This document shows positions 28,101-41,770 of a stretch of 64,000 nucleotides of DNA, one piece after another. Source of the stretch: Azolla caroliniana (lineage: Eukaryota; Plantae; Polypodiophyta); the NCBI GenBank assembly GCA_043228905.1, contig JBHGNT010000060.1:62001-126000 (forward strand), read 5' to 3'. Position numbers and translations under genes: made by a program. The first letter of the stretch is position 1. Every line of letters starts with the position of its first letter. The notes under the pieces were generated by a model that saw nothing but the letters and a program-made list of their open reading frames with translations, made no database searches and was not told where the DNA came from.

Positions 28101-31100
28101 GTTCAAACATGCGTATCGAAGCTACCAACGCTAGTTATGCAATAGAATTAAAAAATGAAGATTTTGAAACTCAGGTCGAGAGACATGAAGAAATTAGCAC
28201 ATTTGAGGAGGGACTTGAGAAGAGCCCATGAGTCAATTAAAATGTTCATACCTGGCTCGTGTGATATCGGATTTTTGTGTTCAAACATTCGTATCGAATC
28301 TAAGAACGCTAGCTATGCTATAGAATTAAAAAATCCAGATTTTGAAACTCAGGTCGAGAGACATGAAGAAATTAGCACATTTGAGGAGGGACTTGAGAAG
28401 AGCCCATGAGTCAATTAAAATGTTCATACCTGGCTCGTGTGATATCGGATTTTTGTGTTCAAACATGCGTATCGAAGCTAACAACGCTAGCTATGCTATA
28501 GAATAAAAAAATCAAGATTTTGAAACTCAGGTCGAGAGAAATAAAGAAATTAGCACATTTGAGGAGGTAGTGGAGAACAGCCCGTTAGGAAATAAAAAAG
28601 TTCATACCTGGCTCGTGTGATATCGGATTTTTGTGTTCAAACATGCGTATCGAATCTAAGAACGCTAGCTATGCTATAGAATTAAAAAATCCAGATTTTG
28701 AAACTCAGGTCGAGAGACATGAAGAAATTAGCACATTTGAGGAGGGACTTGAGAAGAGCCCATGAGTCAATTAAAATGTTCATACCTGGCTCGTGTGATA
28801 TCGGATTTTTGAACACAAAAATGCGTATCGAAGCTAACAACGCTAGCTATGCTATAGAATAAAAAAATCAAGATTTTGAAACTCAAGTCGAGAGACATGA
28901 AGAAATTAGCAAATTAGAGGAGGGACTTGAAAGGAGGCCGTGAGTCAATTAAAATGTTCATACCAGGCTCGTGTGATATCGGATTTTTGTGTTCAAACAT
29001 GCGTATCGAAGCTACCAACGCTAGTTATGCTATAGAATTAAAAAATGAAGATTTTGAAACTCAGGTCGAGAGACATGAAGAAATTAGCACATTTGAGGAG
29101 GGACTTGAGAAGAGCCCATGAGTCAATTAAAATGTTCATACCTGACTCGTGTGATATCGGATTTTTGTGTTCAAACATTCGTATCGAATCTAAGAACGCT
29201 AGCTATGCTATAGAATTAAAAAATCCAGATTTTGAAACTCAGGTCGAGAGACATGAAGAAATTAGCACATTTGAGGAGGGACTTGAGAAGAGCCCATGAG
29301 TCAATTAAAATGTTCATACCTGGCTCGTGTGATATCGGATTTTTGTGTTCAAACATGCGTATCGAAGCTAACAACGCTAGCTATGCTATAGAATAAAAAA
29401 ATCAAGATTTTGAAACTCAGGTCGAGAGACATAAAGAAATTAGCACATTTGAGGAGGTAGTGGAGAACAGCCCGTTAGGAAATAAAAAAGTTCATACCTG
29501 GCTCGTGTGATATCGGATTTTTGTGTTCAAACATGCGTATCGAAGCTAAGAACGCTAGCTATGCTATAGAATTAAAAAATCCAGATTTTGAAACTCAGGT
29601 CGAGAGACATGAAGAAATTAGCACATTTGAGGAGGGACTTGAGAAGAGCCCATGAGTCAATTAAAATGTTCATACCTGGCTCGTGTGATATCGGATTTTT
29701 GTGTTCAAACATGCGTATCGAAGCTAACAACGCTAGCTATGCTATAGAATAAAAAAATCAAGATTTTGAAACTCAGGTCGAGAGACATGAAGAAATTAGC
29801 AAATTAGAGGAGGGACTTGAAAAGAGGCCGTGAGTCAATTATAGTGTTCATACCAGGCTCGTGTGATATCGGATTTTTGTGTTCAAACATGCGTATCGAA
29901 GCTAACAACGCTAGTTATGCTATAGAATTAAAAAATGAAGATTTTGAAACTCAGGTCGAGAGACATGAAGAAATTAGCACATTTGAGGAGAGACTTGAGA
30001 AGAGCCCATGAGTCAATTAAAATGTTCATACTTGGCTCGTGTGATATCGGATTTTTGTGTTCAAACATGCGTATCGAAGCTAAGAACGCTAGCTATGCTA
30101 TAGAATTAAAAAATCCAGATTTTGAAACTCAGGTCGAGAGACATGAAGAAATTAGCACATTTGAGGAGGGACTTGAGAAGAGCCCATGAGTCAATTAAAA
30201 TGTTCATACCTGGCTCGTGTGATATCGGATTTTTGTGTTCAAACATGCGTATTGAAGCTAACAACGCTACCTATGATATGGAATTAAAAAATGCAGATTT
30301 TGAAACTCATGTCGAGAGACATGAAGAAATTAGCACATTTGAGGAGGTAGTGGAGAACAGCCCGTTAGGAAATAAAAATGTTCATACCTGGCTCGTGTGA
30401 TATCGGATTTTTGTGTTCAAACATGCGTATCGAATCTAAGAACGCTAGCTATGCTATAGAATTAAAAAATGAAGATTTTGAAACTCAGGTCGAGAGACAT
30501 GAAGAAATTAGCACATTTGAGGAGGGACTTGAGAAGAGCCCATGAGTCAATTAAAATGTTCATACCTGGCTCGTGTGATATCGGATTTTTGTGTTCAAAC
30601 ATTCGTATCGAATCTAAGAACGCTAGCTATGCTATAGAATTAAAAAATCCAGATTTTGAAACTCAGGTCGAGAGACATGAAGAAATTAGCACATTTGAGG
30701 AGGGACTTGAGAAGAGCCCATGAGTCAATTAAAATGTTCATACCTGGCTCGTGTGATATCGGATTTTTGTGTTCAAACATGCGTATCGAAGCTAACAACG
30801 CTAGCTATGCTATAGAATAAAAAAATCAAGATTTTGAAACTCAGGTCGAGAGACATAAAGAAATTAGCACATTTGAGGAGGTAGTGGAGAACAGCCCGTT
30901 AGGAAATAAAAAAGTTCATACCTGGCTCGTGTGATATCGGATTTTTGTGTTCAAACATGCGTATCGAAGCTAAGAACGCTAGCTATGCTATAGAATTAAA
31001 AAATCCAGATTTTGAAACTCAGGTCGAGAGACATGAAGAAATTAGCACATTTGAGGAGGGACTTGAGAAGAGCCCATGAGTCAATTAAAATGTTCATACC

Positions 31101-32199
31101 TGGCTCGTGTGATATCGGATTTTTGTGTTCAAACATGCGTATCGAAGCTAACAACGCTAGCTATGCTATAGAATAAAAAAATCAAGATTTTGAAACTCAG
31201 GTCGAGAGACATGAAGAAATTAGCAAATTAGAGGAGGGACTTGAAAAGAGGCCGTGAGTCAATTAAAGTGTTCATACCAGGCTCGTGTGATATCGGATTT
31301 TTGTGTTCAAACATGCGTATCGAAGCTAACAACGCTAGTTATGCTATAGAATTAAAAAATGAAGATTTTGAAACTCAGGTCGAGAGACATGAAGAAATTA
31401 GCACATTTGAGGAGGGACTTGAGAAGAGCCCATGAGTCAATTAAAATGTTCATACCTGGCTCGTGTGATATCGGATTTTTGTGTTCAAACATGCGTATCG
31501 AAGCTAAGAACGCTAGCTATGCTATAGAATTAAAAAATCCAGATTTTGAAACTCAGGTCGAGAGACATGAAGAAATTAGCACATTTGAGGAGGGACATGA
31601 GAAGAGCCCATGAGTCAATTAAAATGTTCATACCTGGCTCGTGTGATATCGGATTTTTGTGTTCAAACATGCGTATTGAAGCTAACAACGCTACCTATGA
31701 TATGGAATTAAAAAATGCAGATTTTGAAACTCATGTCGAGAGACATGAAGAAATTAGCACATTTGAGGAGGTAGTGGAGAACAGCCCGTTAGGAAATAAA
31801 AATGTTCATACCTGGCTCGTGTGATATCGGATTTTTGTGTTCAAACATGCGTATCGAATCTAAGAACGCTAGCTATGCTATAGAATTAAAAAATCCAGAT
31901 TTTGAAACTCAGGTCGAGAGACATGAAGAAATTAGCACATTTGAGGAGGGACTTGAGAAGAGCCCATGAGTCAATTAAAATGTTCATACCTGGCTCGTGT
32001 GATATCGGATTTTTGTGTTCAAACATTCGTATCGAATCTAAGAACGCTAGCTATGCTATAGAATTAAAAAATCCAGATTTTGAAACTCAGGTCGAGAGAC
32101 ATGAAGAAATTAGCACATTTGAGGAGGGACTTGAGAAGAGCCCATGAGTCAATTAAAATGTTCATACCTGGCTCGTGTGATATCGGATTTTCGTGTTCA

Positions 32200-35100
32200 A
32201 ACATGCGTATCGAAGCTAACAACGCTAGCTATGCTATAGAATAAAAAAATCAAGATTTTGAAACTCAGGTCGAGAGACATGAAGAAATTAGCAAATTAGA
32301 GGAGGGACTTGAAAAGAGGCCGTGAGTCAATTAAAATGTTCATACCAGGCTCGTGTGATATCGGATTTTTGTGTTCAAACATGCGTATCGAAGCTACCAA
32401 CGCTAGTTATGCAATAGAATTAAAAAATGAAGATTTTGAAACTCAGGTCGAGAGACATGAAGAAATTAGCACATTTGAGGAGGGACTTGAGAAGAGCCCA
32501 TGAGTCAATTAAAATGTTCATACCTGGCTCGTGTGATATCGGATTTTTGTGTTCAAACATTCGTATCGAATCTAAGAACGCTAGCTATGCTATAGAATTA
32601 AAAAATCCAGATTTTGAAACTCAGGTCCAGAGACATGAAGAAATTAGCACATTTGAGGAGGGACTTGAGAAGAGCCCATGAGTCAATTAAAATGTTCATA
32701 CCTGGCTCGTGTGATATCGGATTTTTGTGTTCAAACATGCGTATCGAAGCTAACAACGCTAGCTATGCTATAGAATAAAAAAATCAAGATTTTGAAACTC
32801 AGGTCGAGAGAAATAAAGAAATTAGCACATTTGAGGAGGTAGTGGAGAACAGCCCGTTAGGAAATAAAAAAGTTCATACCTGGCTCGTGTGATATCGGAT
32901 TTTTGTGTTCAAACATGCGTATCGAATCTAAGAACGCTAGCTATGCTATAGAATTAAAAAATCCAGATTTTGAAACTCAGGTCGAGAGACATGAAGAAAT
33001 TAGCACATTTGAGGAGGGACTTGAGAAGAGCCCATGAGTCAATTAAAATGTTCATACCTGGCTCGTGTGATATCGGATTTTTGAACACAAAAATGCGTAT
33101 CGAAGCTAACAACGCTAGCTATGCTATAGAATAAAAAAATCAAGATTTTGAAACTCAAGTCGAGAGACATGAAGAAATTAGCAAATTAGAGGAGGGACTT
33201 GAAAGGAGGCCGTGAGTCAATTAAAATGTTCATACCAGGCTCGTGTGATATCGGATTTTTGTGTTCAAACATGCGTATCGAAGCTACCAACGCTAGTTAT
33301 GCTATAGAATTAAAAAATCCAGATTTTGAAACTCAGGTCCAGAGACATGAAGAAATTAGCACATTTGAGGAGGGACTTCAGAAGAGCCCATGAGTCAATT
33401 AAAATGTTCATACCTGACTCGTGTGATATCGGATTTTTGTGTTCAAACATTCGTATCGAATCTAAGAACGCTAGCTATGCTATAGAATTAAAAAATCCAG
33501 ATTTTGAAACTCAGGTCGAGAGACATGAAGAAATTAGCACATTTGAGGAGGGACTTGAGAAGAGCCCATGAGTCAATTAAAATGTTCATACCTGGCTCGT
33601 GTGATATCGGATTTTTGTGTTCAAACATGCGTATCGAAGCTAACAACGCTAGCTATGCTATAGAATAAAAAAATCAAGATTTTGAAACTCAGGTCGAGAG
33701 ACATAAAGAAATTAGCACATTTGAGGAGGTAGTGGAGAACAGCCCGTTAGGAAATAAAAAAGTTCATACCTGGCTCGTGTGATATCGGATTTTTGTGTTC
33801 AAACATGCGTATCGAAGCTAAGAACGCTAGCTATGCTATAGAATTAAAAAATCCAGATTTTGAAACTCAGGTCGAGAGACATGAAGAAATTAGCACATTT
33901 GAGGAGGGACTTGAGAAGAGCCCATGAGTCAATTAAAATGTTCATACCTGGCTCGTGTGATATCGGATTTTTGTGTTCAAACATGCGTATCGAAGCTAAC
34001 AACGCTAGCTATGATATGGAATAAAAAAATCAAGATTTTGAAACTCATGTCGAGAGACATGAAGAAATTAGCACATTTGAGGAGGGACTTGAGAAGAGCC
34101 CATGAGTCAATTAAAATGTTCATACCTGGCTCGTGTGATATCGGATTTTTGTGTTCAAACATTCGTATCGAATCTAAGAACGCTAGCTATGCTATAGAAT
34201 TAAAAAATCCAGATTTTGAAACTCAGGTCGAGAGACATGAAGAAATTAGCACATTTGAGGAGGGACTTGAGAAGAGCCCATGAGTCAATTAAAATGTTCA
34301 TACCTGGCTCGTGTGATATCGGATTTTTGTGTTCAAACATTCGTATCGAAGCTAACAACGCTAGCTATGCTATAGAATTAAAAAATCAAGATTTTGAAAC
34401 TCAGGTCGAGAGACATGAAGAAATTAGCACATTTGAGGAGGGACTTGAGAAGAGCCCATGAGTCAATTAAAATGTTCATACCTGGCTCGTGTGATATCGG
34501 ATTTTTGTGTTCAAACATGCGTATCGAAGCTAACAACGCTAGCTATGCTATAGAATAAAAAAATCAAGATTTTGAAACTCAGGTCGAGAGACATGAAGAA
34601 ATTAGCAAATTAGAGGAGGGACTTGAAAAGAGGCCGTGAGTCAATTAAAATGTTCATACCAGGCTCGTGTGATATCGGATTTTTGTGTTCAAACATGCGT
34701 ATCGAAGCTACCAACGCTAGTTATGCAATAGAATTAAAAAATGAAGATTTTGAAACTCAGGTCGAGAGACATGAAGAAATTAGCACATTTGAGGAGGGAC
34801 TTGAGAAGAGCCCATGAGTCAATTAAAATGTTCATACCTGGCTCGTGTGATATCGGATTTTTGTGTTCAAACATTCGTATCGAATCTAAGAACGCTAGCT
34901 ATGCTATAGAATTAAAAAATCCAGATTTTGAAACTCAGGTCCAGAGACATGAAGAAATTAGCACATTTGAGGAGGGACTTGAGAAGAGCCCATGAGTCAA
35001 TTAAAATGTTCATACCTGGCTCGTGTGATATCGGATTTTTGTGTTCAAACATGCGTATCGAAGCTAACAACGCTAGCTATGCTATAGAATAAAAAAATCA

Positions 35101-36650
35101 AGATTTTGAAACTCAGGTCGAGAGAAATAAAGAAATTAGCACATTTGAGGAGGTAGTGGAGAACAGCCCGTTAGGAAATAAAAAAGTTCATACCTGGCTC
35201 GTGTGATATCGGATTTTTGTGTTCAAACATGCGTATCGAATCTAAGAACGCTAGCTATGCTATAGAATTAAAAAATCCAGATTTTGAAACTCAGGTCGAG
35301 AGACATGAAGAAATTAGCACATTTGAGGAGGGACTTGAGAAGAGCCCATGAGTCAATTAAAATGTTCATACCTGGCTCGTGTGATATCGGATTTTTGAAC
35401 ACAAAAATGCGTATCGAAGCTAACAACGCTAGCTATGCTATAGAATAAAAAAATCAAGATTTTGAAACTCAAGTCGAGAGACATGAAGAAATTAGCAAAT
35501 TAGAGGAGGGACTTGAAAGGAGGCCGTGAGTCAATTAAAATGTTCATACCAGGCTCGTGTGATATCGGATTTTTGTGTTCAAACATGCGTATCGAAGCTA
35601 CCAACGCTAGTTATGCTATAGAATTAAAAAATCCAGATTTTGAAACTCAGGTCCAGAGACATGAAGAAATTAGCACATTTGAGGAGGGACTTCAGAAGAG
35701 CCCATGAGTCAATTAAAATGTTCATACCTGACTCGTGTGATATCGGATTTTTGTGTTCAAACATTCGTATCGAATCTAAGAACGCTAGCTATGCTATAGA
35801 ATTAAAAAATCCAGATTTTGAAACTCAGGTCGAGAGACATGAAGAAATTAGCACATTTGAGGAGGGACTTGAGAAGAGCCCATGAGTCAATTAAAATGTT
35901 CATACCTGGCTCGTGTGATATCGGATTTTTGTGTTCAAACATGCGTATCGAAGCTAACAACGCTAGCTATGCTATAGAATAAAAAAATCAAGATTTTGAA
36001 ACTCAGGTCGAGAGACATAAAGAAATTAGCACATTTGAGGAGGTAGTGGAGAACAGCCCGTTAGGAAATAAAAAAGTTCATACCTGGCTCGTGTGATATC
36101 GGATTTTTGTGTTCAAACATGCGTATCGAAGCTAAGAACGCTAGCTATGCTATAGAATTAAAAAATCCAGATTTTGAAACTCAGGTCGAGAGACATGAAG
36201 AAATTAGCACATTTGAGGAGGGACTTGAGAAGAGCCCATGAGTCAATTAAAATGTTCATACCTGGCTCGTGTGATATCGGATTTTTGTGTTCAAACATGC
36301 GTATCGAAGCTAACAACGCTAGCTATGATATGGAATAAAAAAATCAAGATTTTGAAACTCATGTCGAGAGACATGAAGAAATTAGCACATTTGAGGAGGG
36401 ACTTGAGAAGAGCCCATGAGTCAATTAAAATGTTCATACCTGGCTCGTGTGATATCGGATTTTTGTGTTCAAACATTCGTATCGAATCTAAGAACGCTAG
36501 CTATGCTATAGAATTAAAAAATCCAGATTTTGAAACTCAGGTCGAGAGACATGAAGAAATTAGCACATTTGAGGAGGGACTTGAGAAGAGCCCATGAGTC
36601 AATTAAAATGTTCATACCTGGCTCGTGTGATATCGGATTTTTGTGTTCAA
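32200..36650 (+). repeat. 13-monomer (2314-bp) tandem higher-order duplication, approximate ends
   Basis: Private variant cttCagaag at 33379 and 35693; micro-inversion at 33077 and 35391; ORFs 33924/36238. All are offset by 2314. Confidence 0.85.
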
Positions 36651-37911
36651 ACATGCGTATCGAAGCTAACAACGCTAGCTATGCTATAGAATAAAAAAAT
36701 CAAGATTTTGAAACTCAGGTCGAGAGACATGAAGAAATTAGCAAATTAGAGGAGGGACTTGAAAAGAGGCCGTGAGTCAATTAAAATGTTCATACCAGGC
36801 TCGTGTGATATCGGATTTTTGTGTTCAAACATGCGTATCGAAGCTACCAACGCTAGTTATGCAATAGAATTAAAAAATGAAGATTTTGAAACTCAGGTCG
36901 AGAGACATGAAGAAATTAGCACATTTGAGGACGGACTTGAGAAGAGCCCATGAGTCAATTAAAATGTTCATACCTGGCTCGTGTGATATCGGATTTTTGT
37001 GTTCAAACATTCGTATCGAATCTAAGAACGCTAGCTATGCTATAGAATTAAAAAATCCAGATTTTGAAACTCAGGTCCAGAGACATGAAGAAATTAGCAC
37101 ATTTGAGGAGGGACTTGAGAAGAGCCCATGAGTCAATTAAAATGTTCATACCTGGCTCGTGTGATATCGGATTTTTGTGTTCAAACATGCGTATCGAAGC
37201 TAACAACGCTAGCTATGCTATAGAATAAAAAAATCAAGATTTTGAAACTCAGGTCGAGAGAAATAAAGAAATTAGCACATTTGAGGAGGTAGTGGAGAAC
37301 AGCCCGTTAGGAAATAAAAAAGTTCATACCTGGCTCGTGTGATATCGGATTTTTGTGTTCAAACATGCGTATCGAATCTAAGAACGCTAGCTATGCTATA
37401 GAATTAAAAAATCCAGATTTTGAAACTCAGGTCGAGAGACATGAAGAAATTAGCACATTTGAGGAGGGACTTGAGAAGAGCCCATGAGTCAATTAAAATG
37501 TTCATACCTGGCTCGTGTGATATCGGATTTTTGAACACAAAAATGCGTATCGAAGCTAACAACGCTAGCTATGCTATAGAATAAAAAAATCAAGATTTTG
37601 AAACTCAAGTCGAGAGACATGAAGAAATTAGCAAATTAGAGGAGGGACTTGAAAGGAGGCCGTGAGTCAATTAAAATGTTCATACCAGGCTCGTGTGATA
37701 TCGGATTTTTGTGTTCAAACATGCGTATCGAAGCTACCAACGCTAGTTATGCTATAGAATTAAAAAATGAAGATTTTGAAACTCAGGTCGAGAGACATGA
37801 AGAAATTAGCACATTTGAGGAGGTAGTGGAGAACAGCCCGTGAGTCAATTAAAATGTTCATACCTGGCTCGTGTGATATCGGATTTTTGTGTTCAAACAT
37901 TCGTATCGAAT

Positions 37912-40900
37912 CTAAGAACGCTAGCTATGCTATAGAATTAAAAAATCCAGATTTTGAAACTCAGGTCGAGAGACATGAAGAAATTAGCACATTTGAGGAG
38001 GGACTTGAGAAGAGCCCATGAGTCAATTAAAATGTTCATACCTGGCTCGTGTGATATCGGATTTTTGTGTTCAAACATGCGTATCGAAGCTAACAACGCT
38101 AGCTATGCTATAGAATAAAAAAATCAAGATTTTGAAACTCAGGTCGAGAGACATGAAGAAATTAGCAAATTAGAGGAGGGACTTGAAAAGAGGCCGTGAG
38201 TCAATTAAAATGTTCATACCAGGCTCGTGTGATATCGGATTTTTGTGTTCAAACATGCGTATCGAAGCTACCAACGCTAGTTATGCAATAGAATTAAAAA
38301 ATGAAGATTTTGAAACTCAGGTCGAGAGACATGAAGAAATTAGCACATTTGAGGAGGGACTTGAGAAGAGCCCATGAGTCAATTAAAATGTTCATACCTG
38401 GCTCGTGTGATATCGGATTTTTGTGTTCAAACATTCGTATCGAATCTAAGAACGCTAGCTATGCTATAGAATTAAAAAATCCAGATTTTGAAACTCAGGT
38501 CCAGAGACATGAAGAAATTAGCACATTTGAGGAGGGACTTGAGAAGAGCCCATGAGTCAATTAAAATGTTCATACCTGGCTCGTGTGATATCGGATTTTT
38601 GTGTTCAAACATGCGTATCGAAGCTAACAACGCTAGCTATGCTATAGAATAAAAAAATCAAGATTTTGAAACTCAGGTCGAGAGAAATAAAGAAATTAGC
38701 ACATTTGAGGAGGTAGTAGAGAACAGCCCGTTAGGAAATAAAAAAGTTCATACCTGGCTCGTGTGATATCGGATTTTTGTGTTCAAACATGCGTATCGAA
38801 TCTAAGAACGCTAGCTATGCTATAGAATTAAAAAATCCAGATTTTGAAACTCAGGTCGAGAGACATGAAGAAATTAGCACATTTGAGGAGGGACTTGAGA
38901 AGAGCCCATGAGTCAATTAAAATGTTCATACCTGGCTCGTGTGATATCGGATTTTTGAACACAAAAATGCGTATCGAAGCTAACAACGCTAGCTATGCTA
39001 TAGAATAAAAAAATCAAGATTTTGAAACTCAAGTCGAGAGACATGAAGAAATTAGCAAATTAGAGGAGGGACTTGAAAGGAGGCCGTGAGTCAATTAAAA
39101 TGTTCATACCAGGCTCGTGTGATATCGGATTTTTGTGTTCAAACATGCGTATCGAAGCTACCAACGCTAGTTATGCTATAGAATTAAAAAATCCAGATTT
39201 TGAAACTCAGGTCCAGAGACATGAAGAAATTAGCACATTTGAGGAGGGACTTGAGAAGAGCCCATGAGTCAATTAAAATGTTCATACCTGACTCGTGTGA
39301 TATCGGATTTTTGTGTTCAAACATTCGTATCGAATCTAAGAACGCTAGCTATGCTATAGAATTAAAAAATCCAGATTTTGAAACTCAGGTCGAGAGACAT
39401 GAAGAAATTAGCACATTTGAGGAGGGACTTGAGAAGAGCCCATGAGTCAATTAAAATGTTCATACCTGGCTCGTGTGATATCGGATTTTTGTGTTCAAAC
39501 ATGCGTATCGAAGCTAACAACGCTAGCTATGCTATAGAATAAAAAAATCAAGATTTTGAAACTCAGGTCGAGAGACATAAAGAAATTAGCACATTTGAGG
39601 AGGTAGTGGAGAACAGCCCGTTAGGAAATAAAAAAGTTCATACCTGGCTCGTGTGATATCGGATTTTTGTGTTCAAACATGCGTATCGAAGCTAAGAACG
39701 CTAGCTATGCTATAGAATTAAAAAATCCAGATTTTGAAACTCAGGTCGAGAGACATGAAGAAATTAGCACATTTGAGGAGGGACTTGAGAAGAGCCCATG
39801 AGTCAATTAAAATGTTCATACCTGGCTCGTGTGATATCGGATTTTTGTGTTCAAACATGCGTATCGAAGCTAACAACGCTAGCTATGCTATAGAATAAAA
39901 AAATCAAGATTTTGAAACTCAGGTCGAGAGACATGAAGAAATTAGCAAATTAGAGGAGGGACTTGAAAAGAGGCCGTGAGTCAATTAAAATGTTCATACC
40001 AGGCTCGTGTGATATCGGATTTTTGTGTTCAAACATGCGTATCGAAGCTACCAACGCTAGTTATGCAATAGAATTAAAAAATGAAGATTTTGAAACTCAG
40101 GTCGAGAGACATGAAGAAATTAGCACATTTGAGGAGGGACTTGAGAAGAGCCCATGAGTCAATTAAAATGTTCATACCTGGCTCGTGTGATATCGGATTT
40201 TTGTGTTCAAACATTCGTATCGAATCTAAGAACGCTAGCTATGCTATAGAATTAAAAAATCCAGATTTTGAAACTCAGGTCCAGAGACATGAAGAAATTA
40301 GCACATTTGAGGAGGGACTTGAGAAGAGCCCATGAGTCAATTAAAATGTTCATACCTGGCTCGTGTGATATCGGATTTTTGTGTTCAAACATGCGTATCG
40401 AAGCTAACAACGCTAGCTATGCTATAGAATAAAAAAATCAAGATTTTGAAACTCAGGTCGAGAGAAATAAAGAAATTAGCACATTTGAGGAGGTAGTAGA
40501 GAACAGCCCGTTAGGAAATAAAAAAGTTCATACCTGGCTCGTGTGATATCGGATTTTTGTGTTCAAACATGCGTATCGAATCTAAGAACGCTAGCTATGC
40601 TATAGAATTAAAAAATCCAGATTTTGAAACTCAGGTCGAGAGACATGAAGAAATTAGCACATTTGAGGAGGGACTTGAGAAGAGCCCATGAGTCAATTAA
40701 AATGTTCATACCTGGCTCGTGTGATATCGGATTTTTGAACACAAAAATGCGTATCGAAGCTAACAACGCTAGCTATGCTATAGAATAAAAAAATCAAGAT
40801 TTTGAAACTCAAGTCGAGAGACATGAAGAAATTAGCAAATTAGAGGAGGGACTTGAAAGGAGGCCGTGAGTCAATTAAAATGTTCATACCAGGCTCGTGT

Positions 40901-41770
40901 GATATCGGATTTTTGTGTTCAAACATGCGTATCGAAGCTACCAACGCTAGTTATGCTATAGAATTAAAAAATCCAGATTTTGAAACTCAGGTCCAGAGAC
41001 ATGAAGAAATTAGCACATTTGAGGAGGGACTTGAGAAGAGCCCATGAGTCAATTAAAATGTTCATACCTGACTCGTGTGATATCGGATTTTTGTGTTCAA
41101 ACATTCGTATCGAATCTAAGAACGCTAGCTATGCTATAGAATTAAAAAATCCAGATTTTGAAACTCAGGTCGAGAGACATGAAGAAATTAGCACATTTGA
41201 GGAGGGACTTGAGAAGAGCCCATGAGTCAATTAAAATGTTCATACCTGGCTCGTGTGATATCGGATTTTTGTGTTCAAACATGCGTATCGAAGCTAACAA
41301 CGCTAGCTATGCTATAGAATAAAAAAATCAAGATTTTGAAACTCAGGTCGAGAGACATAAAGAAATTAGCACATTTGAGGAGGTAGTGGAGAACAGCCCG
41401 TTAGGAAATAAAAAAGTTCATACCTGGCTCGTGTGATATCGGATTTTTGTGTTCAAACATGCGTATCGAAGCTAAGAACGCTAGCTATGCTATAGAATTA
41501 AAAAATCCAGATTTTGAAACTCAGGTCGAGAGACATGAAGAAATTAGCACATTTGAGGAGGGACTTGAGAAGAGCCCATGAGTCAATTAAAATGTTCATA
41601 CCTGGCTCGTGTGATATCGGATTTTTGTGTTCAAACATGCGTATCGAAGCTAACAACGCTAGCTATGCTATAGAATAAAAAAATCAAGATTTTGAAACTC
41701 AGGTCGAGAGACATGAAGAAATTAGCAAATTAGAGGAGGGACTTGAAAAGAGGCCGTGAGTCAATTAAAG
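37912..41770 (+). repeat. 10-monomer (1780-bp) tandem higher-order duplication, approximate ends
   Basis: Private variant gtagtAgag at 38718 and 40498; micro-inversion at 38951 and 40731; ORFs 39073/40853. Confidence 0.85.
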
